DNA of 64,000 nucleotides from an uncultured delta proteobacterium (GCA_963814585.1 CAWFDF010000014.1:288001-352000), one strand, 5' to 3'. Positions 9,070 through 19,513 are shown, counted from the stretch's first letter. The notes: generated by a model not told the origin, from the letters alone. Numbers and translations: made by a program.

Positions 9070-10139
9070 GGCGTGCCGCTCCGGCGCAGCCGGTAGTGGA
9101 TGAGCGTGTCGCAGGCCAGCAGCGAGAGCAGCAGCACGCCCTGGAAGACCCCGGCCAGCGCCGCGGGCAGGCCGACCCGCGACTGGGCCAGCTCGCCGCC
9201 GATGAGGAACATGGAGAGCACCACGCTGCCGAGGACGCAGCCGAGCGGGTGAAGCCGGCCCACGAAGGCCACGATGATGGCGGTGAAGCCGTAGCCGGAC
9301 GAGACGTGCGGCGTCAGCTGGCCCATGGGGCCGGCCACCTCGAAGGCGCCGGCCACCCCGGACAGCCCCCCGGAGATGAGCAGCGTGGTCCAGATGGCGG
9401 CGCGCGAGGAGAAGCCGGCGTAGCGGGCGGCCGCCGGGGCCGGGCCACCCACCTGCAGCTGGATGCCCGTGAAGGTCCGGAACAGGAAGAGGTACAGCGC
9501 CACCGCCGCGACCAGGGCCACCGCCGAGCCCCAGTGGAGGCGCATCCCCTGGATGACCCGCGGGATCTCGGTCTGGCCTGCGAAGCTGACCGTCTGGGGG
9601 AAGTTGAAGCCCTGGGGGTCCTTCCAGGGTCCGAAGACCAGCCAGGAGAGGAAGAGGTTGGCCACGTAGACCAGCATCAGGCTCACCAGGATCTCGTTGG
9701 CGTTGAAGCGGTCTCGCAGCAGCGCCACCACCCCGGCCCAGGCCGCGCCGGCCAGCGCGCCGGCCACGATCACCAGCGGGAAGAAGATCCAGCGGCTCAT
9801 CCCCAGCTCGGCGGTGGTCACCCACAGCGCCAGCCCCCCGCCGCCGATGGCGCCCATGAGGAACTGCCCCTCGGCGCCGATGTTCCAGACGTTGGAGCGG
9901 TAGCAGAGGGCCAGGCCGAGGGCGATGAGGACCAGCGGCGTGGACTTGAGCGCCAGCTCGGAGATGGCCCGCAGGCCGTTGAAGGGCTCCAGGAAGAAGA
10001 CCGAGAGCGCCTGCACCGCGTCCTTGCCGAGGGCGGCGAAGAGGCCCGCGCCGACCACGGCGGTGATGGCGAAGGCGATCACCGGCGAGAGCACGCTCAT
10101 GGCCGCGGAGGGCGTGGCCCTGGGCTCGAGCCGGATCAC
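9066..10139 (-). CDS. nucleoside ABC transporter permease
   Basis: GTG start overlapping ATPase TGA; WNIGAEGQ, GYGFTAIIVAFVGRLHP. Confidence 0.88.
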   Translation of the reverse strand: MIRLEPRATPSAAMSVLSPVIAFAITAVVGAGLFAALGKDAVQALSVFFLEPFNGLRAISELALKSTPLVLIALGLALCYRSNVWNIGAEGQFLMGAIGGGGLALWVTTAELGMSRWIFFPLVIVAGALAGAAWAGVVALLRDRFNANEILVSLMLVYVANLFLSWLVFGPWKDPQGFNFPQTVSFAGQTEIPRVIQGMRLHWGSAVALVAAVALYLFLFRTFTGIQLQVGGPAPAAARYAGFSSRAAIWTTLLISGGLSGVAGAFEVAGPMGQLTPHVSSGYGFTAIIVAFVGRLHPLGCVLGSVVLSMFLIGGELAQSRVGLPAALAGVFQGVLLLSLLACDTLIHYRLRRSGTP

Positions 10140-11677
10140 GGGAACTCCCCGATGGTCGCGCCCGCGCCGTCCTCGGGGCCGGCCGGCCAGAGCCCGCTCA
10201 TCCACTCGCCGACCAGCTCGACGGTGGCGGCGCTGGTCCCGATGGAAGGCGAGAGCCGGCCCCTCGCCATCACGTGCAGCCGGTCGGTCATCTCGAACAG
10301 CTCCTCCAGCTCCTCGGACACCACCAGCAGCGCGGTCCCGGCGTCGCGCAGGGCCAGCAGCTCGGACCGGATCTGGGCGGCGGCGCCGACGTCGACGCCC
10401 CAGGTCGGCTGCGCCACCACCAGCACCCTGGGCACGGCGTCGATCTCGCGCCCCACGATGTACTTCTGCAGGTTGCCGCCCGAGAGGCTGCGCGCCACCG
10501 CCCCCGGCCCGCCCGACTTCACCTTGAAGCGCTGGATGATCGAGGCGGTCTGGTACCTGAGCGCCTGCCGGTCGATCCAGCCGAGCGCGCGCAGCGACTC
10601 GTTGCGCGTCAGCAGCATGTTGTGGGCGAGCGAGAGCGAGGGCACGGCGCCTCGCCCCAGCCGCTCCTCGGGGATGAAGTGGAGCCCGAGCCGTCGCCGC
10701 GCCCCGGCCCGCATCCGGCCGATGGGCTGGCCGAAGAGCTCGATGGCGCCGTCCGCGGCGCGCGGGTCCTCACCGGAGATGGCGGCCAGCAGCTGCTGCT
10801 GCCCGTTGCCGGAGACGCCGGCGATCCCCACCACCTCGCCCTCGCGCAGCTCCAGGGAGATCTCGTGCAGGTCGGTGCCGAACCGGTCGAGCTTCTCCAG
10901 CGAGAGCGCGTTCACCCGCAGCGCCACCTGCCCCGGCCTGGCCTCCCGCCGGACCAGCCGCGGCGGCTCGGCGCCGATCATGAGCCGCGAGAGGCTGGCG
11001 TTGCTCTCCACGGTGGGGTCGCAGGTGCCGGTGACCCGGCCGCCGCGCAGCACCGTGCACTGGTGGCAGAGGGCGCGGATCTCGTCGAGCTTGTGGCTGA
11101 TGTAGAGGATCGAGCAGCCGGTGGCGGCCACCTGCCGCAGCGTGACGAAGAGCTTCTCCACCGCCTGGGGCGTCAGCACCGAGGTGGGCTCGTCGAGGAT
11201 GAGCAGGCGCGGCTCGGCCAGCAGCGCCCGGACGATCTCGACGCGCTGCCGCTCCCCGACCGAGAGGGTGTGGACCACCCGCTCCGGCTCCAGCTCCAGG
11301 CCGTACTCGGCCGCCTTGGCCCGGATCCCGGCCACCACCCGCGCCAGCGAGAGGGCGCTGCCCATTCCCAGCCAGACGTTCTCGGCCACGGTGAGCGTGT
11401 CGAAGAGCGAGAAGTGCTGGAACACCATGGCGATGCCCAGCGCCCGCGCCTCCTGCGGGCTGCGGATCTGCGCCGGCCGTCCGTCCCAGAGGATGTGGCC
11501 GGAGTCGGGGCGGAGCGCGCCATAGATGATCTTCATCAGCGTCGACTTGCCGGCGCCGTTCTCCCCGAGGATGGAGTGGATCTCGCCTGGCTGCACCTGC
11601 AGCGAGACCTCGTCGTTGGCCACCACCGAGGCGAAGCGCTTGCTGATCCGATCGAGCTGGAGCCTGGGGACGTTCAC
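10136..11677 (-). CDS. ABC transporter ATP-binding protein (two NBDs, CUT2 type)
   Basis: GENGAGKST, LSVGERQR, LSGGNLQK, QPTWGVD; real start GTG 11677 inside the long track ORF. Confidence 0.92.
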   Translation of the reverse strand: MNVPRLQLDRISKRFASVVANDEVSLQVQPGEIHSILGENGAGKSTLMKIIYGALRPDSGHILWDGRPAQIRSPQEARALGIAMVFQHFSLFDTLTVAENVWLGMGSALSLARVVAGIRAKAAEYGLELEPERVVHTLSVGERQRVEIVRALLAEPRLLILDEPTSVLTPQAVEKLFVTLRQVAATGCSILYISHKLDEIRALCHQCTVLRGGRVTGTCDPTVESNASLSRLMIGAEPPRLVRREARPGQVALRVNALSLEKLDRFGTDLHEISLELREGEVVGIAGVSGNGQQQLLAAISGEDPRAADGAIELFGQPIGRMRAGARRRLGLHFIPEERLGRGAVPSLSLAHNMLLTRNESLRALGWIDRQALRYQTASIIQRFKVKSGGPGAVARSLSGGNLQKYIVGREIDAVPRVLVVAQPTWGVDVGAAAQIRSELLALRDAGTALLVVSEELEELFEMTDRLHVMARGRLSPSIGTSAATVELVGEWMSGLWPAGPEDGAGATIGEFP

Positions 11678-11697
11678 GCGCGGGGCGACGGGTCCGG

Positions 11698-12240
11698 CTA
11701 GGGTTCGCCGCGCTGCTGGCGAATGGGGGAGACGAAGGTGTAGTCGATGTCCCAGGGGAAGTAGATCCACTTCTCCTGCCGGAACTCCTTGACGAAGGTG
11801 TCGACCAGCGGACGCCCGGCTGGCTTGGCGTAGAGCGTGGCGAAGTGGGCCCGGGGGAGCCGCTCGCGGACGGCGCGAGCGGTGCGGCCGGTGTCGACGA
11901 GGTCGTCGATGAGCAGCCAGCCGGCGCCGTCCCCCTCGACCCCCTTCAGCCAGCGCAGCTCGCCCTGAGCCTTGTCGGCCGAGCCGGCCGCGCCCGCCTC
12001 GTAGCTGACGACGCAGACCGTGTCGATGAGCCGCAGCTCGAGCTCGCGCGCCACCAGCGCCGCCGGCACCAGGCCCCCACGGGTGATGGCGATGATCCCC
12101 TTCCAGTCCCCGAGCGCGTGGAGCACCCGGGAGAGGTAGCGGGCGTCCCGGTGCAGCTCGGGCCAGGAGATGACGATCTCGTCGCGGTACGGGGAAACCG
12201 GGGCGGGGCCGCCGGGGGGAGCCACGGGCTGGTTCGGCAT
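11698..12240 (-). CDS. gpt: xanthine-guanine phosphoribosyltransferase
   Basis: ITRGGLVPA, LLIDDLVDTGRT PRPP motif, WIYFPWD. Confidence 0.93.
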   Translation of the reverse strand: MPNQPVAPPGGPAPVSPYRDEIVISWPELHRDARYLSRVLHALGDWKGIIAITRGGLVPAALVARELELRLIDTVCVVSYEAGAAGSADKAQGELRWLKGVEGDGAGWLLIDDLVDTGRTARAVRERLPRAHFATLYAKPAGRPLVDTFVKEFRQEKWIYFPWDIDYTFVSPIRQQRGEP

Positions 12241-12303
12241 GGAGGGCTAGACTAGGCGTTCCCTGGTCGCGCCGCGACCAGATCTTGGGACCGCGGACGA
12301 GAA

Positions 12304-12329
12304 CGCCCCCGTGGAATCCCACGGGGGCG
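12304..12329 (-). terminator. intrinsic terminator-like hairpin after the tandem membrane genes
   Basis: CGCCCCCGTGG-aatc-CCACGGGGGCG perfect 11-bp stem. Confidence 0.65.
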
Positions 12330-12354
12330 CTCGAGCTGCGGCCGGCTCGACGGG

Positions 12355-12762
12355 CTAGCCCTTGCGCTTCTCGGCCACTTCCTTCTCGAGCCTCTCGATC
12401 TCGGGCGTGACCGCCTCGTTCTTCTCCTCCCCCTCGCGGCCGCCCAGGTAGGCGGCGCCGGTGGCGTGCGGAGGCGCGACGGTGGCGGCGAAGGCGCCGG
12501 CCCGCTCGTGGAGGCGGCTGGTGACGGCCTTGGCCATGGCCAGGCCGAGCAGGGCGAAGCCGATGAAGGGGAGGAACATCAGGAAGGCCAGCCCGACCAC
12601 GGGAATCACCACGAAGAGGAGCGGGAACGGGACGGCGAAGTACCGGGTGGTGGAGGCGCCGGGCAGCGTGCCGCCGTCCTCGCCGACCACCTCGACCGCC
12701 AGGGTGCTCATCGAGAAGTAGTAGCCGCTCTTCACCTTCGAGTTGCCGTTGTAGGAAGTCAT
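12355..12762 (-). CDS. hypothetical 135-aa membrane protein, tandem copy 2
   Basis: SD GGAGA; long hydrophobic segment, charged C-terminal helix; ~75% identical to 12829-13236. Confidence 0.85.
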   Translation of the reverse strand: MTSYNGNSKVKSGYYFSMSTLAVEVVGEDGGTLPGASTTRYFAVPFPLLFVVIPVVGLAFLMFLPFIGFALLGLAMAKAVTSRLHERAGAFAATVAPPHATGAAYLGGREGEEKNEAVTPEIERLEKEVAEKRKG

Positions 12763-12828
12763 GGTGTTCTCCAGTGGTGTTCCGTGGGGGGTGGGGTCGG
12801 TGGCCGCGACGACGTCGTGGCCGTGCTG

Positions 12829-13236
12829 CTAGCTCTTGCGCTTCTCGGCGACTTCCTTCTCCAGCTTCTCGACCTCGGGCGAGACCGCCTCGTTCTTCTT
12901 CTCCCCCTCGTGCCCGCCCAGGTAGGCGGCGCCGGTGGCGTGCGGCGGGGCGACCGTGGCGGCCAGCGCGTCGGCCCCCTTGGAGACGTGGCCGGTGAGG
13001 CGGCGGACGATGGCGTAGCCGAGGAGGGCGAAGCCGATGAGGGGGAGGAAGATCAGGAAGGCCAGCCCGACCACCGGGATGACCACGAAGAGCAGCGGGA
13101 ACGGGACGCTGACGTAGCGGGTGGTCGCCGAGCCCGGCAGCGTGCCGCCGCCCTCCCCGATGACCTCGACCGCGAACGAGTTGGTCGAGAGATAGTAGCC
13201 GCTCTTCACCTTCGAATTGCCGTGGTAGGAGGTCAT
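12829..13236 (-). CDS. hypothetical 135-aa membrane protein, tandem copy 1
   Basis: SD AAGGGG; gap-free paralogue of 12355-12762. Confidence 0.85.
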   Translation of the reverse strand: MTSYHGNSKVKSGYYLSTNSFAVEVIGEGGGTLPGSATTRYVSVPFPLLFVVIPVVGLAFLIFLPLIGFALLGYAIVRRLTGHVSKGADALAATVAPPHATGAAYLGGHEGEKKNEAVSPEVEKLEKEVAEKRKS

Positions 13237-13437
13237 GGTGTTGTTCCCCTTTCGTGATCAGACATTGCTCCCTGGCGGCGTGGTTCGCCATTGGGCGGGT
13301 GCCCGGGTCGGGCGCCTTTGATTCCGGATGTGGGCGTCGGGCAGACACCCGACCCCGGATGGGGTGGATTCGCTTGACCGCGGCCCGGCGACCGCGTCCA
13401 CTGGCCGGCGTGCAGGGCCCAAGGTCGCGGAGGCACG

Positions 13438-15057
13438 ATGGATTCCGAGCTCGACTACGACTACCTGGTCATCGGCTCCGGCTTCGGGGGAGCCGTCTCG
13501 GCGCTCCGCCTGAGCGAGAAGGGCCATCGCGTCGGGGTCCTGGAGATGGGGAAGCGGTGGCGTGCCCAGGACTTCGCCCGCACCAACTGGAACGTCCGCA
13601 AGTACCTCTGGCTCCCGAAGCTGGCGCTCTACGGGATCCAGCAGATCACCCTCCTGCGCGACGTGCTCATCTTCCACGGCGCCGGCGTCGGCGGTGGCAG
13701 CCTGGTCTACGCCAACACGCTGCTGGCCCCGCCCGACCGCGTCTTCGACGACGCCCGCTGGCCGTCCGGGATCGACTGGAGGTCGACGCTGGCGCCGCAC
13801 TACCGGACGGCGCGCTTCATGCTCGGGGCCACCGAGGCGCCGCGGGTCTTCGCCGCCGACGAGCTGCTGCGCCAGGTGGTCGAGGAGACCACCGGCCGCG
13901 GCCACACCTTCTCCAGGTACACGGTGGGCGTCTACTTCGGCCAGCCCGGGCAGGAGGCGCCCGACCCGTTCTTCGGCGGCGAGGGGCCGGCCCGCACCGG
14001 CTGCCACCACTGTGGCGAGTGCATGACCGGCTGCCGCCACGGCGCCAAGAACACGCTCGACAGGAACTACCTCTGGCTGGCCGAGCGGCGCGGCGCCGTG
14101 ATCCACGCCGAGACCCTGGTGGAGGACCTGCGGCCAAGGGCCGGGGGCGGCTACGAGCTCCGCACCGTCCGCTCCACCGACCGGCTCCTCAAGCGGCGCC
14201 GCACCTTCACGGCACGAAACGTGGTGGTGGCCGGGAGCGTGCTGGGGACGGTGAAGCTGCTGCTCGACTGCCAGCGACGCGGCAGCCTTCCGGACCTCTC
14301 GCCCCAGCTCGGCAACTACGTCCGCACCAACAGCGAGGCGCTGCTGGGGGCCAAGGCCAGGAGGAGCGACGTGGCCTACAGCGAGGGGATCGCCATCACC
14401 TCCGGCATCCACCCCGACGGCGACACCCACGTGGAGGTGGTCCGCTACGGGGCCGGGCAGGACTTCATGTCCCTGCTCACCACCGTGCTGACCGGCGGTG
14501 GCAGGCCCTGGCCGCGCTGGCTCCGCTGGCTCGGCAACATGCTGCGCCATCCCGTCCAGGCGCTCCGCGCCCACTCCCCCTTCGACTGGGCGCGCCGCAG
14601 CGCCATCCTGCTGGTGATGCAGCCGCTCGACAACTTCATGCGGCTGACGCTGCGGCGGCGGCCGTGGGGCTGGGGGCTCTCCAGCCAGCTGCAGGGAGGC
14701 CCGCGGCCGCCCACCTACCTGCCGCTGGCCAACCTGCTGGCCGCCCGGCTGGCCGAGAAGATGGACGGCACGGCCCAGAGCATCCTGCCGGAGGTGCTCC
14801 TCGACACCTCGACGACGGCCCACATCCTCGGCGGCGCCACCATGGGGCGCTCCCCGGAGGAGGGCGTGTGCGACGCGCAGGGGCGCGTCTTCGGGTACCC
14901 CGGGCTCTTCATCGCCGACGGCAGCCTGGTCCCGGCCAACCTGGGCGTGAACCCATCGCTCACCATCACCGCGCTGGCGGAGCACGTCATGGCCGCCATC
15001 CCGGCCAACCCCGCCGGGCCGGGGATCCCGGCCCCGCGTCCGCCCCCCGGTGCATGA
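13438..15057 (+). CDS. GMC oxidoreductase, cholesterol oxidase (ChoD)-like
   Basis: IGSGFGG FAD motif, GVGGGSLVYAN, CxxCxxCxxxC-HGAKNTLD, TAHILGG, NLGVNPSLTITA. Confidence 0.88.
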   Translation: MDSELDYDYLVIGSGFGGAVSALRLSEKGHRVGVLEMGKRWRAQDFARTNWNVRKYLWLPKLALYGIQQITLLRDVLIFHGAGVGGGSLVYANTLLAPPDRVFDDARWPSGIDWRSTLAPHYRTARFMLGATEAPRVFAADELLRQVVEETTGRGHTFSRYTVGVYFGQPGQEAPDPFFGGEGPARTGCHHCGECMTGCRHGAKNTLDRNYLWLAERRGAVIHAETLVEDLRPRAGGGYELRTVRSTDRLLKRRRTFTARNVVVAGSVLGTVKLLLDCQRRGSLPDLSPQLGNYVRTNSEALLGAKARRSDVAYSEGIAITSGIHPDGDTHVEVVRYGAGQDFMSLLTTVLTGGGRPWPRWLRWLGNMLRHPVQALRAHSPFDWARRSAILLVMQPLDNFMRLTLRRRPWGWGLSSQLQGGPRPPTYLPLANLLAARLAEKMDGTAQSILPEVLLDTSTTAHILGGATMGRSPEEGVCDAQGRVFGYPGLFIADGSLVPANLGVNPSLTITALAEHVMAAIPANPAGPGIPAPRPPPGA

Positions 15058-15089
15058 CCGCGCCCCGCCACCGCGCTACGCTGGCACTC

Positions 15090-15476
15090 ATGGTTCGCCT
15101 CCGCCACGCCCCGCTGGTGCTGCTCGCGCTCGCCGCCTGCAAGACCTCGGCGCCGCACGGCATGGAGGCGGCCGTCATCAACACCGCCCTGGCCGCGGCG
15201 GTGGCCGGGGTCTCCGTCGCCCACGGCGGCTGCGTGGCCATGTGCACGCAGGGCTGGACCTGCAACCCGAAGACCGGCCTCTGCGAGCCGCAGCCGGAGT
15301 TCAGATGCGTCGGGGGCAACCTGAACAGCGGGCTCTGCTCCAATCGCCCCGAGGACCTGTCCGCCGCGCGGGCCGGCTCCTCCGCCTCCGGCTCCCTGCC
15401 GGCCACCCTCGGCATCTCGCCCGCCACCGGCAGCGTGCCACCGCCGCCCGCCGAGGCGTCGCCGCGACCGCCCTGA
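15090..15476 (+). CDS. small Cys-rich lipoprotein, hypothetical
   Basis: Lipobox LAAC; CxxxCxxxxxCxxxxxxC-C-C; TACGCT 7 nt before ATG. Confidence 0.7.
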   Translation: MVRLRHAPLVLLALAACKTSAPHGMEAAVINTALAAAVAGVSVAHGGCVAMCTQGWTCNPKTGLCEPQPEFRCVGGNLNSGLCSNRPEDLSAARAGSSASGSLPATLGISPATGSVPPPPAEASPRPP

Positions 15477-15599
15477 GCGGCCACCTCCCGCACCGGTACG
15501 GCCCCCACGCGCGCCACCGTGCTTGCGCCGCGGTGGGCGGTGAGGTATCCGCCCTGACTGGCCTATCGCGGCCGGGCGCCGCGCCGCCGAGAGGAACGA

Positions 15600-16322
15600 A
15601 TGGGACGCATCTTCGAGACCCGCAAGGCCACCATGTTCGCCCGCTGGAACAAGATGGCGAAGGTCTTCACGCGCATCGCCAAGGACATCGCCATCGCCGT
15701 GAAGGCGAGCGGCCCGGACCCGCACGCCAACGCGGCGCTGCGCCGCGCCCTGCAGAACGCCCGCGGCGCCAACATGCCGAAGGACAAGGTCGAGGCCGCC
15801 ATCAAGCGCGCCAGCGGCCAGGACCAGAAGGCCTACGAGGTGGTGCTCTACGAGGGCTATGCCCCCCACGGGGTGGCCGTGGTGGTCGAGACCGCCACCG
15901 ACAACGTGGTCCGGACCGTGGCCAACGTCCGCGTCGGCTTCAAGAACCACGGCGGGAACATGGGCACCACCGGCAGCGTGGCCTTCCAGTTCAAGAAGAT
16001 GGGGGTCTTCCGGCTCTCGCCCGAGGGCATCGACCAGGACGCGCTCGAGCTGGAGCTGATCGATCACGGACTCGAGGAGATGGGAGAGGGGACCGGCGAG
16101 AAGGGGGAGAAGCAGCTGCTGATCCGCTGCGCCTTCGAGAGCTTCGGCCAGCTCCAGGCGGCGCTGGAGGAGCGCAAGCTGCCGGTCATCTCCGCCGAGC
16201 TGGAGTACGTCGCCCAGACCCCGGTCGAGCTCCCCGAGGAGCAGGCCAAGGAGGTGCTCGAGCTGGTCGACGCGCTCGAGCAGGACGAGGACGTCCAGCG
16301 GGTGTTCCACAACCTGGCCTGA
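15600..16322 (+). CDS. yebC: YebC/PmpR family protein
   Basis: [34 protein letters not shown]. Confidence 0.95.
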   Translation: MGRIFETRKATMFARWNKMAKVFTRIAKDIAIAVKASGPDPHANAALRRALQNARGANMPKDKVEAAIKRASGQDQKAYEVVLYEGYAPHGVAVVVETATDNVVRTVANVRVGFKNHGGNMGTTGSVAFQFKKMGVFRLSPEGIDQDALELELIDHGLEEMGEGTGEKGEKQLLIRCAFESFGQLQAALEERKLPVISAELEYVAQTPVELPEEQAKEVLELVDALEQDEDVQRVFHNLA

Positions 16323-16378
16323 GCAGCCGGGGGGAGCTCCCCTCCGGTCGCCGCGACGGCCGGCCTGCGGGGGTCCGA

Positions 16379-17287
16379 TCAGGCGCCCGGCGCGTCCTGC
16401 CCCGGCGACTCGTACCAGGGCACCCCGGCGGCGGCGCTCGCGGAGAGCTCGGCGATCACCTGCGCACCCAGCAGCACGATGATGAAGGCTCCCTCGAGGA
16501 AGAGCAGCAGCACCACCACGGTGGCGAGCGAGCCGTAGAGCACGTTCACCATCGAGAGGGTGGCGAAGTAGGTGGAGAGCAGCGCGCCCACGCCCCGCCA
16601 GAGGCTGGCGGCGCAGAGCCCGCCGATGAAGGCCATGCGCCGGGAGATCCGCCCCACCGGCATCGCCAGGTAGACGCCGGCGAAGAGGATCACCAGCCCG
16701 GCGAAGCCCGCCAGGCGCAGCATCAGCCTGGCCGGGAGCGCGGTGGACACGGTTCGCCCGAGGACCGTCACCGCCGAGCCGCCCAAGGCGTCCGCCAGCG
16801 AGGCCAGCAGCGTCAGCCCGAGGATGGCGGCCATCAGCACCGCCATGAACAGGTAGGGGAGCAGCGCCGAGAGCGCGGCGTGGCGGCGCGCCGTCCGGCC
16901 CGAGGCGTGGAAGATGGTGGCCACCGCCTCCTCCAGCATCCGGAAGGCGACGGAGCTGAAGAAGAGGAGCGCCACCACCGAGACCACCGAGGTGGTGGCG
17001 TGGTTCTTGACGAAGGCCTGGGCCGCCTGGAGGACGGTGTCGGCGTGCTGGGGCAGGAGGAAGGCCAGCTCGCGCCGCAGGGCGCCGAGCAGGCGGGCCT
17101 CGTCGACGAGGGTGGAGAGGACCGCCAGCGTGAGGGTGAGGAAGGGGACCAGGGAGAGGAGCGCGTTGTAGCCGACCCCGCCGGCCATCAGGATGCCGCG
17201 GTTGCGCAGGAAGGCGGTCACCACCCGCCGCGCGAAGCCAAGCACCCGCCGCGCCAGCAGCGCCGGGCCGGGCAGGTCGCGGCTCAT
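16379..17287 (-). CDS. YihY/BrkB family inner membrane protein
   Basis: YNALLSLVPF, YGSLATVVVLLLFL, LLGAQV; multiple TM segments. Confidence 0.88.
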   Translation of the reverse strand: MSRDLPGPALLARRVLGFARRVVTAFLRNRGILMAGGVGYNALLSLVPFLTLTLAVLSTLVDEARLLGALRRELAFLLPQHADTVLQAAQAFVKNHATTSVVSVVALLFFSSVAFRMLEEAVATIFHASGRTARRHAALSALLPYLFMAVLMAAILGLTLLASLADALGGSAVTVLGRTVSTALPARLMLRLAGFAGLVILFAGVYLAMPVGRISRRMAFIGGLCAASLWRGVGALLSTYFATLSMVNVLYGSLATVVVLLLFLEGAFIIVLLGAQVIAELSASAAAGVPWYESPGQDAPGA

Positions 17288-17303
17288 CCCCGCCCCCCGG
17301 CCC

Positions 17304-18504
17304 TCATAGATCGAAGCACTCCACGAAGATGACCTCGTCCCGGCGGGCGCGGATCCGAATCCAGCAGCGCCTCGCCGGGCCGCTCGTCGAGCTGGATGGC
17401 GCAGCAGGCCGCCGCGGCGCCGTCGAAGACGGTGTTCTGCACCTCCTCCACGTTGATGCCAGCCTCGCGGATGGCGCCGAGCACGTTGGCCAGCACGCCC
17501 ACCTTGTCGTGGTGGCGCACCATGAGGCGCGCCCGGGCCGGCGACTTCCGTGCCACGTTGACGCAGTTGGGGACGGACCCGTCCCGCACGAAGCGGGCCA
17601 GGATGCGGACGGTCTCGCCGGCGATGGCGTCCTGGGCCTGGGCGGTCGAGGCCCCGACGTGGTGCGTGCCGTAGACGTTGGGCAGCTTGCCGAGCTCGCT
17701 GTCGAAGGCGGCCTGCCCCTGGGCCGGCTCCCCGGCGAAGACGTCGGTGCCGAGCCGCAGGCGGCCGGCCCTGGCCAGCTCCAGCAGCGCGGCCTGATCG
17801 ACCAGCTCGGCGCGGGCGGTGTTGATGAGCATGGCCCCGGGGCGGAGCGCCTCGAGCACCTCACGGGAGACCAGCCCGCGCGTCTCCCTGGCGAGCGGCA
17901 GGTGCAGCGAGAGGATGTCCACCCGGGCCGCCAGCTCGCGCAGCGAAGCGGCCCGCTTCACGCCCAGGGCCGCGGCCCGGACGTCGTCGAGCGAGCGCGA
18001 CCAGGCGTGCACGTCGAGGCCGAAGGCGCGGGCCCGCCTGATGGTCTCCTGGCCGATGGGGCCGGCGCCGGCGACGCCCAGGGCGCGGCCGAAGAGGCCG
18101 TCCGCCTCCGAGAAGGCCTTCTTGTCCCACCGGCCGGCGCGCAGCGCGATGACGTTGTCGGGGATGCGGCGATCCAGCGCCACCATCAGGCCAATGGCCA
18201 GCTCGGCCACGGCGATGGCGTTCTGCCCCGGGCAGTTGGCGACGTAGACGCCCACCTTCGAGGCGGCCGCCACGTCGATGGTGTTGACCCCGGCGCCGGC
18301 GCGGACCACCAGCGAGAGCGCGTCGGCCCGCTCGAAGACCTCGGCGGTGACCTGCTTGCTCCGGACCACCAGCGCGCCGACGCCGGCCATGGCGCCGGGG
18401 AGCTCCCCGGCCGTGAGCCCGGGTCGATGATCGACCGAGAGCCCGAGGGCTTCGATCTCCGCCAGCCGCTCCCTGGGAAAAGCATCGGCGACGAGCACCT
18501 TCAT
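17304..18504 (-). CDS. serA: D-3-phosphoglycerate dehydrogenase-like protein with ACT domain; one extra base near 17358
   Basis: RAGAGVNTID, GAGPIG, INTARA, THHVGAST, ACT HHDKVGVLA; deleting one A at 17358-17359 gives the C-terminus LLDRIRARRDEVIFVECFDL. Confidence 0.8.
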
Positions 18505-18586
18505 GGCGTCCCCTCCCGGCTGGTCCGGGGAGAGTCTCGGCCGAACCGGAGGGCGCGGCAACCGATTCTTCCAGGCGCCGGCCCGA

Positions 18587-19513
18587 TCAGGGCCCTCGGC
18601 CGGCCCCGCCTGCGCCGGCGAACAGCCGGTGCCGGGCGGCGTCCGAGATGGCGACCACCGCGGGGTGCTTGAGCCGGCGCTCGACCGAGATGGCGTAGAA
18701 GCGCTCACGCACCTCCTCGGTCCGGCCCAGCACCTCGACACCGTGCTGCGCCGCCACCTCCCGCTCGATGACCGTCGGCGCGGCGAAGATCCCCAGGCCA
18801 TCCCCGCCGAAGACCTTGAGCAGGGCGCTGTCCTCGAACTCGGCCACCACCCTGGGCCTGAGGTGATGGCGCTCGAACCACTGGTTGAGCGCCCGCCGCA
18901 GCGTCAGCGACTCGAGCGGCAGGAGCAGCGGCGCGCCCTCGAGTGAGCCCGGGAAGCCTCTCCGGTGCGCCCTGGCGAGCGGCGCGGTGCCGAAGAAGCT
19001 GACCCCGGTCTCACCGAGCAGGTGGTTGAAGGCTCGGACGCTGCTGCCGGATGGCACCGGTGCGTCGGCGATGACGACGTCGAGCGCGTGCTGGGACAGG
19101 TCGGCGAGCAGCCGCTCCTGCGAGGCCTCGCGGACGACCAGCCGCACCGGGTCCGGCAGGTCGAGGGCGGGCTGGAGCAGCCGCCGGACCACCAGCTTCG
19201 GGACCACGTCGGCGACTCCGACGTCGAGCCGCAGCGGCTTCCCGCTGGAGCGGTCCTGGACCGCATCGACCAGCTCGCGGCCCAGGGAGAAGATCTCGTC
19301 GGCGTAGCGGTAGACCGTCCGGCCCAGGTCGGTGAGGACCAGCTTGCGGCCGACCCGGGTGAAGAGCTTCTCGCCGAGCTGGCCCTCCAGCGCGTGGATC
19401 TGCGCGCTCAGCGTCGGGTGGGAGAGGCGGAGCACCTTGCCAGCCGCGACCAGCCCGCCCTCCCGGGCGACCGCCCAGAAGTAGCGGAGGTGGTGGTAGT
19501 TGAGCTGGTCCAT
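18587..19513 (-). CDS. nhaR: LysR-family activator NhaR-like
   Basis: LNYHHLRYFWAVAREG, FNHLLGE, EFEDSALLKVFG, YAISVERRLKHP. Confidence 0.9.
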   Translation of the reverse strand: MDQLNYHHLRYFWAVAREGGLVAAGKVLRLSHPTLSAQIHALEGQLGEKLFTRVGRKLVLTDLGRTVYRYADEIFSLGRELVDAVQDRSSGKPLRLDVGVADVVPKLVVRRLLQPALDLPDPVRLVVREASQERLLADLSQHALDVVIADAPVPSGSSVRAFNHLLGETGVSFFGTAPLARAHRRGFPGSLEGAPLLLPLESLTLRRALNQWFERHHLRPRVVAEFEDSALLKVFGGDGLGIFAAPTVIEREVAAQHGVEVLGRTEEVRERFYAISVERRLKHPAVVAISDAARHRLFAGAGGAGRGP

